NCBI GenBank assembly: GCA_017858095.1
Contig: JAFMCB010000004.1
Location: forward strand, 1,688-65,687
Source of the DNA: Methylophilaceae bacterium
GTDB taxonomy: Bacteria > Pseudomonadota > Gammaproteobacteria > Burkholderiales > Methylophilaceae
DNA length: 64,000 nucleotides
Direction of reading: 5' to 3'
In this document: positions 11,616 through 21,798 of the stretch, one piece after another
Position numbering within the stretch: position 1 is the stretch's first letter
Layout of the letters: every line of letters starts with the position of its first letter
Program-made: the position numbers and the translations under genes
Notes under the pieces: generated by a model
Told to the model about the DNA's origin: nothing
Databases searched by the model: none
What the model saw: the letters and a program-made list of their open reading frames with translations, nothing else

Positions 11616-12071
11616 TTAATGAATAAAAAACATAAGGTAGGTTACAAACACGACCCAGGCAGGAATTAATAGAACGAGACTTGCAGGCCATTTAAATTTT
11701 TCAAAAAGAATGCCAGACAAAAAACTAGCCATGGCGATGGTGATTAAATTACCGGCAATCATAAGGCCTATGGATGAGAAACCTATGGTATAAATCGGAT
11801 AAGCCACACAAATCAAAAATAAAAAAAGCACACCCTTTTGGTAACAGCTATGGCCTGTCAGATTTTTAAAACAAAACGCTAAACTCAACATTAATAAAGT
11901 CCAAACCGTACCGATCACATAGGGCGCTGGAAAAAATTGATCACTTTGATGCATTTTTTGAGCGGTCACCCCTTCAATATTCATGGATGCAATCCAGCCA
12001 TTAATAGCACCTGTGACTAAAAGCACGAGGATACAAAGTTGAATGAAAGAGCGTTTATCAAGCCAATTCAT
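11616..12071 (-). CDS. tspO: TspO/MBR-family membrane protein (divergent)
   Basis: 151 aa, about 5 TM; FFPAPYVIGTVWTLL and LLIPAWVVF resemble TspO motifs. Confidence 0.6.
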   Translation of the reverse strand: MNWLDKRSFIQLCILVLLVTGAINGWIASMNIEGVTAQKMHQSDQFFPAPYVIGTVWTLLMLSLAFCFKNLTGHSCYQKGVLFLFLICVAYPIYTIGFSSIGLMIAGNLITIAMASFLSGILFEKFKWPASLVLLIPAWVVFVTYLMFFIH

Positions 12072-12955
12072 TATGAAAGAATTTGTCCTGTAATTTTAAA
12101 AAAAGCCTCTTGGTATTTTTGTGCGGTGTCATCAATGATATTTTGCGGTAAATGAGGAGCAGGAGGTTGTTTATTCCAATCCTGAGATTCCAACCAGTCT
12201 CTCACATACTGCTTATCAAAACTCGGTGGCGACATGCCAACTTCATAACTTTCTTTCGGCCAAAAGCGCGAGGAATCGGGGGTTAAGACTTCATCCATGA
12301 GGGTGACTTGATTGTCACTATCAAGACCGAATTCAAACTTAGTGTCAGCAATAATAATACCTTTCGATTCTGCTAAGGCTGCTGCTTTTGAATAAATATC
12401 AATACTTATATTACTGACTTTTTGCGTGAGCTCATCGCCGATCAGTTTCTTGCATTGATCAAGCGTGATGTTCTCATCATGCTGTCCTTGTTCAGCTTTG
12501 TTGGATGGTGTAAACAACACTTGAGGTAATCGATCAGATTGTTTTAAGCCTTCGGGTAGCTCAATACCACAGATGGTATGACTTACTTGGTATTCCTTCC
12601 AGCCACTGCCAATAATATAACCACGAACAATGGCTTCAATCGGAATCGGTCTAAGTTTTTTAACTACTACTGCGCGTCCTTGAACCTGATCAATTTCTTT
12701 AGGTAAGACATAATCCTCCGGGCTCTCATCGGTTAAATGATTAGGAATATCTTTAAAATAATCAAACCAATAATTTGCCATCTGAGTTAACACTTGACCT
12801 TTTTTTGGGATAGGCTCGTTCATAATGACATCGAATGCTGACAGACGATCAGTAGTGATAATAAGCATTTTATTTTGATCGATGTCATATATATCACGCA
12901 CCTTACCTTGATGAATTAATGGCAAACTTTTAATGCTTGAATTTAATAATGCCAT
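12071..12955 (-). CDS. purC: SAICAR synthase
   Basis: GKVRDIY, TDRLSAFD, ADTKFEFG, DEVLTPDSSRFW; start set at ATG 12955. Confidence 0.97.
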   Translation of the reverse strand: MALLNSSIKSLPLIHQGKVRDIYDIDQNKMLIITTDRLSAFDVIMNEPIPKKGQVLTQMANYWFDYFKDIPNHLTDESPEDYVLPKEIDQVQGRAVVVKKLRPIPIEAIVRGYIIGSGWKEYQVSHTICGIELPEGLKQSDRLPQVLFTPSNKAEQGQHDENITLDQCKKLIGDELTQKVSNISIDIYSKAAALAESKGIIIADTKFEFGLDSDNQVTLMDEVLTPDSSRFWPKESYEVGMSPPSFDKQYVRDWLESQDWNKQPPAPHLPQNIIDDTAQKYQEAFFKITGQILS

Positions 12956-12956
12956 A

Positions 12957-14135
12957 TCAACCCGCTCTTTTTTGCAAAATTTCGATAGCAGGTAATTTTT
13001 TACCCTCAACAAATTCCAAAAATGCACCGCCCGCCGTTGAAATATATGAAATATTATTTTCAACCCCAAACATCTGGATCGCTGATATTGTGTCGCCGCC
13101 ACCTGCTAACGAGAAAGCATTAGATTTGGCAATTGCATGGGCTAACACTCGTGTGCCTTGAGAGAATTGAGCAAACTCAAATACTCCTATTGGACCATTC
13201 CATAATATAGTTTGCGCTTCACTTAATCTTTTTTCGATTTCTGTCATCGATTCAGGGCCCAGATCAAAAATCATATCATCGGCCTCAATTTGGTCGATCT
13301 TTTTTAAGACTGCAGGCTCATTCGCATCGAATTGTTTGCCACAAATAACGTCTGTGATGTTTGGTAATGAGGCACCACGCGCTTCGAGTTTCTGCATAAT
13401 TCCTTTGGCTTGATTAATAAAATCAGGCTCATATAAAGACTGGCCGATTTCATAGCCCTGTGCCTTGAGGAAGGTATTGGCAATACCCCCACCCAAAATG
13501 AGTTGGTCCACCTTGTCGGATAATTGATCTAGAATCGTAAGTTTTGTGGATACCTTAGATCCGCCAACAATTGCTATCATAGGTTGTTTGGGGCTGGCCA
13601 TAACTTTTTCTAATGCATCCAGTTCTGCAGCAAATAAAAATCCAGCACAGGCAATTTTACAAAATTGAGCTACGCCATAAGTTGAAGCCTGTTTACGATG
13701 CGCAGTACCAAAAGCATCCATCACAAAAATATCAGCCAGTGCCGCATATTTTTTTGCTAACTCTTCATCGTTATTTTTTTCGCCAATATTAAATCGACAA
13801 TTATCAAGCACAACCACCTCGCGCACTCCAACTTCGACAGGCGCATGAATCCAATCACGTTGCAGCCTGACTGGGGCGCCCAAGTGACCCCGCAAATAAT
13901 CAGCAATCGGTTGCAATGAATTTTCCTCTGAAAATTTCCCCTCTTGTGGACGCCCCAAATGTGAAGTCACCATGACTCTTGCGCCTTGGTCAATGGCATA
14001 TTGGATAGTAGGAATTGAGGCTTGAATGCGCTTATCAGAAGAAATTTTTCCTGCCATTAACGGCACATTTAGATCAGCTCGAATGAGAACCCGTTGATCA
14101 CTCAAATCAAGGTCGCTGATCTTTAGCATGGGCAT
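12957..14135 (-). CDS. pgk: Phosphoglycerate kinase
   Basis: [39 protein letters not shown]; start set at ATG 14135. Confidence 0.98.
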   Translation of the reverse strand: MPMLKISDLDLSDQRVLIRADLNVPLMAGKISSDKRIQASIPTIQYAIDQGARVMVTSHLGRPQEGKFSEENSLQPIADYLRGHLGAPVRLQRDWIHAPVEVGVREVVVLDNCRFNIGEKNNDEELAKKYAALADIFVMDAFGTAHRKQASTYGVAQFCKIACAGFLFAAELDALEKVMASPKQPMIAIVGGSKVSTKLTILDQLSDKVDQLILGGGIANTFLKAQGYEIGQSLYEPDFINQAKGIMQKLEARGASLPNITDVICGKQFDANEPAVLKKIDQIEADDMIFDLGPESMTEIEKRLSEAQTILWNGPIGVFEFAQFSQGTRVLAHAIAKSNAFSLAGGGDTISAIQMFGVENNISYISTAGGAFLEFVEGKKLPAIEILQKRAG

Positions 14136-14140
14136 GAACT

Positions 14141-15154
14141 TTAGACTTTCATCATCGCTAGGGCAGTATCGAGCATGCGGCAACTAAATCCCCATTCGTT
14201 GTCATACCAGCCAAAGACTTTGACAAGCTTACCGTCAGCACTAACCTTCGTTAATGTTGAATCAAAATAACTTGAACCCGATGTATGATTAAAATCAATG
14301 GATACCAATGGTTCTTCGTTATAAACTAACACGCCCTTAAGATTGTTCTCAGCAGCTTTTTTCATTATCGCATTCACTTCATCTATATTCGTCGCCCTTG
14401 TGGTGGTGATTGTTAAGTCAACTAACGACACATTCGAGGTTGGAACACGAATCGCAACACCATCCAGTTTTCCTTTTAACGCAGGAATCACCAGACCGAT
14501 CGCTGAGGCTGCGCCCGTCTTTGTTGGAATCATTGAGACCGCACCGGATCGTGCACGCCTAACATCATCATGCATGTTATCTAAAATGACCTGATCATTG
14601 GTATAAGAATGAATGGTATTCATTAGCCCAGCTTCGATACCAATACTATCTTGAATAACTTTTACAATAGGGGCCAAACCATTTGTTGTGCACGAAGCAT
14701 TCGAAATAACTGTATGTTCTGGTTTTATTTGATCATGATTCACACCATAAACAATAGTTGCATCCACATCTTTTTCTCCGGGAGCAGAGATTAATACTTT
14801 TTTCGCACCATTATCTAAATGGAATTGACATGAGGCTTTGCCACGAAAGGCACCGGTACATTCCAAGACTAAATCAACCCCCAGTTCACCCCAAACCAAT
14901 TCATCCGTATTGCGCGTATTAAAGTAGCGAATATGGTCGCCATTGACAATAAATGCATCATCAGTTGTTTGCACATCAACATTAAAACGCCCATGTTGGC
15001 TATCATATTTTAAAAGGTGTGCATGCTTCTCTATCGTACCTCGGCTGCAATTAACTGCAACCACCTTAATATCTTTATAATTATTTTCATAAATAGCACG
15101 AAGGACAAGACGACCAATTCTACCGAAGCCTGAAATTGCAACATTAATTGTCAT
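14141..15154 (-). CDS. gap: Type I glyceraldehyde-3-phosphate dehydrogenase
   Basis: [22 protein letters not shown]. Confidence 0.97.
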   Translation of the reverse strand: MTINVAISGFGRIGRLVLRAIYENNYKDIKVVAVNCSRGTIEKHAHLLKYDSQHGRFNVDVQTTDDAFIVNGDHIRYFNTRNTDELVWGELGVDLVLECTGAFRGKASCQFHLDNGAKKVLISAPGEKDVDATIVYGVNHDQIKPEHTVISNASCTTNGLAPIVKVIQDSIGIEAGLMNTIHSYTNDQVILDNMHDDVRRARSGAVSMIPTKTGAASAIGLVIPALKGKLDGVAIRVPTSNVSLVDLTITTTRATNIDEVNAIMKKAAENNLKGVLVYNEEPLVSIDFNHTSGSSYFDSTLTKVSADGKLVKVFGWYDNEWGFSCRMLDTALAMMKV

Positions 15155-15181
15155 GAATACACCTTATAAGAATTTAAATAA

Positions 15182-15216
15182 TTAAGGCACCTTTTTGAGT
15201 AAAAAAGATGCCTTAA
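15182..15216. other. Intergenic stem-loop between tkt and gap
   Basis: TTAAGGCA-CCTTTTT / AAAAAG-ATGCCTTAA inverted repeat with no clean downstream U-tract on the transcribed (-) strand. Confidence 0.55.
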
Positions 15217-15238
15217 AAAAAACATTAAGAACCAAAAA

Positions 15239-17227
15239 TTACAGGATCGATTTTACTGTTTTAACAACATTATCTACTGTGAAGCCAAAATGTTCCATGA
15301 GAACGCCACCAGGGGCAGATTCACCATAAGTATTGATACCTACATGGCCGCCATCCAGCCCAACATATTTTGCCCAGTAGTCTGTCACCCCCACTTCAAT
15401 TGAGACACGCTTAATCCCAGGAATGAGCACGCTATCACGGTACGATTTATCTTGTCGATCAAACGCATGCGTACATGGCATAGAAACCACGCTCGCATTC
15501 ACACCTTGCTCTTTCAGCGTTGCTTGCGATTTAATTGCCAGGTCGACTTCAGAACCCGTTGCAATAAGAATTACATCCGGTTTTCCATCTGCAGCAGATA
15601 AAACATAACCGCCCTTTCTAATGTCTGCTAACTGTGAATCGGAACGTTTATTAAAGCCAGTACCTTGCCGCGTTAACACGAGACTGGTTGGATTCTCTGC
15701 GTTTTCAACCGCCGCAGTCCATGCTGCAGCCACTTCGGTTGCATCACAAGGACGCCATACTTCCATACGCGGGATATAGCGAATACCAGCCGTTGTTTCA
15801 ATAGGTTGATGGGTAGGGCCATCCTCTCCTTGTCCAATCGAGTCATGGGTTAATACATACACCACTCGTTGCTTCATTAACGCGGCCATGCGCATGCCAT
15901 TTCTCATGTAATCGGTAAACATATGGAAAGTGCCACCGAAAGGTAAGAAACCTCCATGCAATGCCATACCATTCATAATCGCTGCCATACCAAACTCACG
16001 TACACCATAAGAAATATAATTCCCTGGTTTATTGCCACTGACGTGCTCAAAGGCAGAACAACTTGTTAAGTTAGAGCCGGTTAAATCGGCAGAACCGCCA
16101 ACGAATTCCGGCAATACTGGAGCCAAAGCTGCAATCATATTTTGTGAAGCCTTACGCGTCGCCATCTTATCGCCAGCGTCATTGGCTGCTTGAATCATGG
16201 CATCCGTATGTTTTTTCCAGTCTTTGGGGAGCTCTCCTGCCATACGACGTTTAAATTCGGCTGCTAATTCCGGAAATTCTTTTGCATATGCATCAAATTT
16301 TGCATTCCATGCTTCTTCCTTGGCCTGGCCTTTATCTTTTTGATTCCAGCCGTCATAAACATCATGCGGAATTGTGAATGGAGGATGGTCCCAACCAATC
16401 TCTTTTCGAACCAAAGCAACTTCATCCTCACCAAGCGCCGCACCATGACAATCATGCGATCCAGCTTTATTAGGCGAGCCTTTACCAATAATCGTTTTAC
16501 AACAAATTATGGTTGGTTTGTCAGTTACTTTTTTGGCTTCTTGGATGGCTTTCTCAACAGCATCAAAATCATGGCCATCGACATTTCTGATTGCATGCCA
16601 GCCATAAGATTCAAACCGTGCCGCAGTGTCATCTGTATACCAACCCTCTATGTGGCCATCGATAGAAATACCATTATCATCCCAAAATGCAATTAATTTT
16701 CCAAGCCCCCAAGTTCCTGCAAGTGCACAAGTTTCATGAGACACGCCTTCCATTAAACAACCATCACCCATAAAGACATAAGTATGATGATCAACAATGT
16801 CATGACCTGGACGATTAAATTGATTGGCTAGCAGTTTTTCTGCCATAGCAAAACCTACCCCGTTACTGATACCTTGTCCTAATGGACCAGTGGTTGTCTC
16901 AACGCCAGGCGCATATCCATACTCAGGGTGTCCAGCACACTTTGAATGCAGTTGACGAAAATTTTCGATCTCTTTCATCGGAAGATCATAGCCAGTCAAA
17001 TGCAATAATGAATAAATAAGCATAGAGCCATGACCGTTCGAAAGAATAAATCTATCGCGATTTGCCCAATTCGGATTTGTCGGATTATGATTGAGATGGT
17101 GATTCCATAAAACCTCCCCTATTTCTGCCATACCCATCGGTGCACCAGGGTGTCCTGAATTTGCTTTTTGAACTGCGTCCATTGCTAATGCACGTATCGC
17201 GTTAGCTAAATCTTGTCTTGTTGCCAT
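15239..17227 (-). CDS. tkt: Transketolase
   Basis: [26 protein letters not shown]; ATG 17227 preceded by GGAGG. Confidence 0.99.
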   Translation of the reverse strand: MATRQDLANAIRALAMDAVQKANSGHPGAPMGMAEIGEVLWNHHLNHNPTNPNWANRDRFILSNGHGSMLIYSLLHLTGYDLPMKEIENFRQLHSKCAGHPEYGYAPGVETTTGPLGQGISNGVGFAMAEKLLANQFNRPGHDIVDHHTYVFMGDGCLMEGVSHETCALAGTWGLGKLIAFWDDNGISIDGHIEGWYTDDTAARFESYGWHAIRNVDGHDFDAVEKAIQEAKKVTDKPTIICCKTIIGKGSPNKAGSHDCHGAALGEDEVALVRKEIGWDHPPFTIPHDVYDGWNQKDKGQAKEEAWNAKFDAYAKEFPELAAEFKRRMAGELPKDWKKHTDAMIQAANDAGDKMATRKASQNMIAALAPVLPEFVGGSADLTGSNLTSCSAFEHVSGNKPGNYISYGVREFGMAAIMNGMALHGGFLPFGGTFHMFTDYMRNGMRMAALMKQRVVYVLTHDSIGQGEDGPTHQPIETTAGIRYIPRMEVWRPCDATEVAAAWTAAVENAENPTSLVLTRQGTGFNKRSDSQLADIRKGGYVLSAADGKPDVILIATGSEVDLAIKSQATLKEQGVNASVVSMPCTHAFDRQDKSYRDSVLIPGIKRVSIEVGVTDYWAKYVGLDGGHVGINTYGESAPGGVLMEHFGFTVDNVVKTVKSIL

Positions 17228-17339
17228 GTTACCTCCCAAAATGATGACTTAATTAGCGTCATAAGTCATGCTTGAATAATAAATATCGTAATCTTTAATT
17301 ATCAACGAAACAGCCCATTCAATCAAGGCATTGTCGTCT

Positions 17340-17906
17340 TTAATTAACGGCTTCCTCTTTCCATTTAATTGAGCAGCCAATACTGGAAAATTGCTCTTTT
17401 GGTCCTTGTTGTGTTTGGGCTACCAATTGCATTGCTTCAAATAAATCTCGCCTATTGTCAGGAGGGGGTTCACCTCGCCCAGTGGAATCAAAACGACCGC
17501 GGTATTGAAGCTCTAGCTTTGCGTTAAACCCAAAAAAGTCTGGTGTGCAAATTGCACCGTAATCACTCGCCACCGATTGTGATTCATCAAACAAATAGGG
17601 AAAAGAGAAGCCATGCTCAGCAGCTATTTGCTGCATATTTTCAAATGAATCTTCCGGGTAATTAATTACATCATTGCTTGAAATGGCAATTGTATTAATG
17701 CCTAATGATTGTAATTGTCTGATATCTTCAACCAAACGAGGTAAAATAGCTTTGACATATGGGCAGTGATTACAAATGAACATAATTAATAAACCGCGCG
17801 CACCGCAAGCCTCATTAAGCGTCCAAAATTTATCGTCGACGCCTTTTAGTTTGAAATCTTTAGCTTTCCAGCCAAATTCGCACAAAGGCGGATGTAAACT
17901 AACCAA
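17340..17906 (-). CDS. Thioredoxin-fold AhpC/TSA-like protein
   Basis: ICNHCPYV, CTPDFF, SIGCSIKW; probable TTG start at 17906 after AGGAG. Confidence 0.88.
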   Translation of the reverse strand: MVSLHPPLCEFGWKAKDFKLKGVDDKFWTLNEACGARGLLIMFICNHCPYVKAILPRLVEDIRQLQSLGINTIAISSNDVINYPEDSFENMQQIAAEHGFSFPYLFDESQSVASDYGAICTPDFFGFNAKLELQYRGRFDSTGRGEPPPDNRRDLFEAMQLVAQTQQGPKEQFSSIGCSIKWKEEAVN

Positions 17907-17930
17907 TCTTTTGTCTCCTTTTCTTGCGTC

Positions 17931-18674
17931 ATGAGACGATTTTACCATTCAACAACGCTGACGTTAAATGAAATAATTAAATTAGATGTGTTTGCCGCAC
18001 GTCATTTGGTACAAGTATTACGCGCCAAGGTAGCGGAAAAAGCTATTTTATTTAACGGTGATGGTTACGATTATGAAGTCCAAATACAGTCAATTATTAA
18101 ACATGATGTCAGCGTTTTGGTATTAGCAAAAAATAAAAATATAAATGAATCGTCTCTTTGTATTCACCTTTACCAAGCCTTATCAACGAACGACAAAATG
18201 GATTGGGTAATACAAAAAGCCGTAGAGCTCGGCGTACAAAAAATCACTCCCGTACTGACACAGCGGAGCCAGGTTAAGTTGAAGCATGAAAAAAAAGATA
18301 AAAAAATTCACCATTGGCAACAAATTGCCATCGCCGCATGTGAGCAATCCGGGCGATCGGTAATTCCTCAAATTTATTCAATCACAACAATTGAGCATTG
18401 TTTACAAGAAATGTCGCCAATAGATAAACATGAGCGCAGGTTTGTACTTAATCCTTATGGTAAACAAGGATTAACATTCGAAGGTGTTAATCAAAACCCC
18501 GGCGAAGTAAAATTATTTATCGGTCCTGAAGGAGGATTTACCGAAGATGAAATAAGCTTCATTCAATCACAAGCATTTGAATCTTTAGTATTAGGTCCGC
18601 GCATTTTAAGAACAGAAACTGCACCGATTGCAGGTGTAGCCATTCTGCAGTATATTTTTGGAGATTTTGTGTAA
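17931..18674 (+). CDS. rsmE: 16S rRNA m3U1498 methyltransferase
   Basis: HLVQVLR, QKAVELG, ACEQSGR, IGPEGG, LGPRILRTETA. Confidence 0.96.
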   Translation: MRRFYHSTTLTLNEIIKLDVFAARHLVQVLRAKVAEKAILFNGDGYDYEVQIQSIIKHDVSVLVLAKNKNINESSLCIHLYQALSTNDKMDWVIQKAVELGVQKITPVLTQRSQVKLKHEKKDKKIHHWQQIAIAACEQSGRSVIPQIYSITTIEHCLQEMSPIDKHERRFVLNPYGKQGLTFEGVNQNPGEVKLFIGPEGGFTEDEISFIQSQAFESLVLGPRILRTETAPIAGVAILQYIFGDFV

Positions 18675-18688
18675 AGTGCAATAATATT

Positions 18689-18710
18689 TGCTATAATTTT
18701 TAAAATTATA
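18689..18710 (+). promoter_or_regulatory. Extended -10 promoter (TGcTATAAT) overlapped by palindrome TATAATTTT-T-AAAATTATA
   Basis: TG-n-TATAAT at 18689-18697; 9-bp inverted repeat at 18692-18710; very AT-rich, so chance is not excluded. Confidence 0.45.
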
Positions 18711-18725
18711 ATTTATTTTTATAAT

Positions 18726-20264
18726 ATGCAAAAAATTATTGCTAAAAATATAAGAAAACTTAGAAATTTGCATAATATGAGCTTAAGTGAACTGGCTCAG
18801 AAAATTGCCATGAGTCCTGGTAACCTGTCAAGGATCGAACGCGGTGAACTTAATATCACCATCAAAATTTTAGAAAAAATAGCGCAAATATTTCAATGCC
18901 AATTTCAAGATCTCTTTCTAAACTCTGAATTCGAGGCGCCCAACAGCTTCGTTGAGCAATTCAGGCGAGCCTCAAAGTACATCAACACTTTTTCTAATAA
19001 AATTTTTGTCATTGCCATTGGGGGAGATGTTTTAAAAGATCATCAATTTGAATCGATAGCCTACGATATTAATCTATTACGCTCGCTCGGCATTCGTATT
19101 ATTCTTGTGCATGGCATTCGCCCACAAATTGATGAACTATTGTTATCCAAAAAGCTTAAAACAGCATTGGTAAAAAATGTTCGTGTTACCGACAGCAATA
19201 CCATGAACCATGTTATTGATGTGACTGGCAGAATTCGAACAAAAATTGAATCGATCTTATCTTCTAGCCTCATTAATTCACCGCTATTTGGAAGTGATAT
19301 CAGACTATCGAGTGGTAATTTTATAACGGCCAGACCTTTGGGTGTTGTCGATGGTGTGGATATGCAATTTACCGGCCAAGTAAGAAAAGTAGACCACGAA
19401 GTGATTCAAGCCCGACTCAATAATGGAGAAGTAGTCCTTATTTCGCCTTTAGGGTTTTCACCCGTGGGTGATGTATTTAATTTATCTTATGAGCAACTGG
19501 CCTCATCGGTAGCAAATGCTGTGAAAGCACATAAATTAATTTTCTTTATAAATTCCGATGGTATTTTAAACTTAAGGGGGGAGCTCATCACTGAAATTAC
19601 CACAGAAAAAGCAGAAAAACTTATTCAAAATATTGAAACACACTCTACGCCAAATCAAGCACCTTTTATTTCTTATAATGATTTTAATATTCTTAAAAGT
19701 AGTCTCAATGCAATAAAAAATAAAATTGAAAAAATTCATCTCATCAACCGCCACACCAATGGCTCAATTATTGAGGAGTTATTTACTGACAAGGGATCTG
19801 GAACCGTTTTAACCGAATACCCCCTCGAGCAAATTAGAAAAGCACGAATGAGTGATATTAATAAAATCTATCAACTAATCGAGCCATTAGGACAAGATGG
19901 CATACTGGTGACTCGCCCGATTGATCAGATTGAAAAAGAGTTAGCTAACTTCTATGTCATGGAGCATGGGCTTGATTTAATTGGTTGTGTTGCGCTCTAC
20001 CACTACAAGGAAATGATTGAGGTAGCTTGTTTTGCCATCGATAGCAATTTTTACAACCAAGGCTATGGTTCAAAACTATTAAAATTTTGTGAGAAAGAAG
20101 CCAAAAAGCAAAATACTAACCACCTTTTTATTTTAACCACACAATCCGAGCATTGGTTTATGGAAAAAGGTTTTAAAGTTGAGAATAAAGACCTTATGCC
20201 AATCAATCGAAAAAAAATCTATCAGATAGAGAGAAACTCAAAATTCTTAACTAAAAACATATAA
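18726..20264 (+). CDS. argA: N-acetylglutamate synthase (AAK+GNAT) with N-terminal XRE-family HTH fusion
   Basis: aa 1-65 IRKLR...MSLSELAQKIAMSPGNLSRIERGELN is an XRE HTH; then FVEQFR..YI, LVHGIRPQID, GVDMQFTGQVRKVD, EELFTDKGSGT and GNAT features LFILTTQSEHWF...RNSK. Confidence 0.93.
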   Translation: MQKIIAKNIRKLRNLHNMSLSELAQKIAMSPGNLSRIERGELNITIKILEKIAQIFQCQFQDLFLNSEFEAPNSFVEQFRRASKYINTFSNKIFVIAIGGDVLKDHQFESIAYDINLLRSLGIRIILVHGIRPQIDELLLSKKLKTALVKNVRVTDSNTMNHVIDVTGRIRTKIESILSSSLINSPLFGSDIRLSSGNFITARPLGVVDGVDMQFTGQVRKVDHEVIQARLNNGEVVLISPLGFSPVGDVFNLSYEQLASSVANAVKAHKLIFFINSDGILNLRGELITEITTEKAEKLIQNIETHSTPNQAPFISYNDFNILKSSLNAIKNKIEKIHLINRHTNGSIIEELFTDKGSGTVLTEYPLEQIRKARMSDINKIYQLIEPLGQDGILVTRPIDQIEKELANFYVMEHGLDLIGCVALYHYKEMIEVACFAIDSNFYNQGYGSKLLKFCEKEAKKQNTNHLFILTTQSEHWFMEKGFKVENKDLMPINRKKIYQIERNSKFLTKNI

Positions 20265-20295
20265 AATAACGATAATTTTAATGAAAAAATTTTAA

Positions 20296-21168
20296 ATGAG
20301 TCCAAACGATAAAGCAAAAATTTTAAGTGAGGCACTGCCTTATATAAAAAAATTCTTCGATAAAACCATTGTCATCAAATATGGTGGTAATGCTATGGTC
20401 GATGAAAATCTAAAGCAATCCTTTGCCAAAGATGTGGTGCTGTTGAAACTCGTTGGTATGAATCCAGTAATTATTCATGGTGGTGGCCCGCAAATTAATG
20501 CCCATTTAGAAAAGCTTGGTAAAAAGGGTGAATTTATAAATGGTATGCGAATTACAGATGAAGAAACCATGGATATTGTGGAAATGATTCTCGGTGGCCA
20601 AATAAATAAAGAAATTGTTCAGTTGATAAATAAAAATGGTGGTAAGGCCGTTGGACTTACTGGGCAAGATAGTAATTTTATTCATGCCAAAAAATTAATT
20701 GTTAAAGATGAAAAAGATGAATTTAAAAATATTGATTTGGGACAAGTCGGAGATATTGAAAGTATTGATCCGGCGCTAATAAATTTTCTTGATAGTGGTG
20801 ACTTTATTCCTGTCATAGCACCGATCGGAATTGGTAGTGACGATAAAACATACAATATTAATGCAGATGTTGTGGCTGGCAAATTAGCCGAAATATTAAA
20901 TGCAGAAAAATTAATCTTGATGACAAATACACCCGGTGTGCTCGATAACAATCAAAAACTTATTACTGGGTTAACGCCAAAAGAGATTGAAAATTTAATT
21001 CACGCAGGAACATTATCGGGTGGCATGCTACCAAAAATAAATTCTGCCTTGGATGCAGCAAAAAGTGGCGTCAATGCGGTGCATATTATCGATGGCAGAG
21101 TGGAACATGCGCTATTGCTTGAAATTTTAACCGACCAAGGTGTAGGCACACTGATCAAGGCAAAATAA
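20296..21168 (+). CDS. argB: Acetylglutamate kinase, arginine-sensitive type
   Basis: EALPYI N-helix, [35 protein letters not shown]. Confidence 0.97.
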   Translation: MSPNDKAKILSEALPYIKKFFDKTIVIKYGGNAMVDENLKQSFAKDVVLLKLVGMNPVIIHGGGPQINAHLEKLGKKGEFINGMRITDEETMDIVEMILGGQINKEIVQLINKNGGKAVGLTGQDSNFIHAKKLIVKDEKDEFKNIDLGQVGDIESIDPALINFLDSGDFIPVIAPIGIGSDDKTYNINADVVAGKLAEILNAEKLILMTNTPGVLDNNQKLITGLTPKEIENLIHAGTLSGGMLPKINSALDAAKSGVNAVHIIDGRVEHALLLEILTDQGVGTLIKAK

Positions 21169-21798
21169 GTGAAGTATCGCTACTGGATCTTTGATCTAGA
21201 CAATACACTTCATTTTGCAGACATAAAAATCTTTCCCTTAGTTAATAAGAAAATGGATGCTTATATCCAAAATAAACTTAATATTAGTAAGAAAAAATCA
21301 GCCCTACTTAGGCAATATTATTGGGATGTGTATGGGGCCACTCTTCCTGGTCTTATCAAACACCATCAAATTAACCCTCAGGACTTCCTCAAAATAACAC
21401 ACGATTTAATGTTTAATAATGACACAATTCTATTTCCAAAAAATATTAAACATACGTTAAAAAATATTCCTGTACGTAAATTAGTATTTACTAATGCACC
21501 CAAAGCTTACTCAGAAAAAATTTTAAAGCACATGAAAATTTATCGTCTGTTCAATGGTGTGCACAGTATTGAAGATTCAAATTTTCTAGGGAAACCAAAT
21601 CAACATAGTTTTCATCAGTTATTTAAGGATAATAAATTTAAACGTGGGGTAATGATTGATGATGTAAAAGAAAATTTGATTATGGCGAAGAAAATGGGAC
21701 TGATTACTATTTGGTTTAGCAAAGAGCGCTATAAACCAAACTACGTTGATTATAAAATTTTTAATCTGCAGCAATTAAAACGATTAAGAATTAGCTAA
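21169..21798 (+). CDS. HAD-family pyrimidine 5'-nucleotidase-like hydrolase
   Basis: FDLDNTL, YGATLPGL, FTNAP, GKP, MIDD; GTG start directly after argB. Confidence 0.88.
   Translation: MKYRYWIFDLDNTLHFADIKIFPLVNKKMDAYIQNKLNISKKKSALLRQYYWDVYGATLPGLIKHHQINPQDFLKITHDLMFNNDTILFPKNIKHTLKNIPVRKLVFTNAPKAYSEKILKHMKIYRLFNGVHSIEDSNFLGKPNQHSFHQLFKDNKFKRGVMIDDVKENLIMAKKMGLITIWFSKERYKPNYVDYKIFNLQQLKRLRIS

Noticed and set aside
12956-13102. Apparent N-terminal extensions of purC (also pgk, rnfG, murC, dolP, moeA, lplT and cytochrome paralog 2)
   Set aside because: Longest-ORF artefacts overlapping upstream genes or spacers; downstream starts match family N-termini
18726-18925. XRE HTH as a prophage or mobile-element remnant
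   Set aside because: No phage, integrase or IS genes nearby and the domain is in frame with argA between core genes; an ancient mobile origin cannot be excluded
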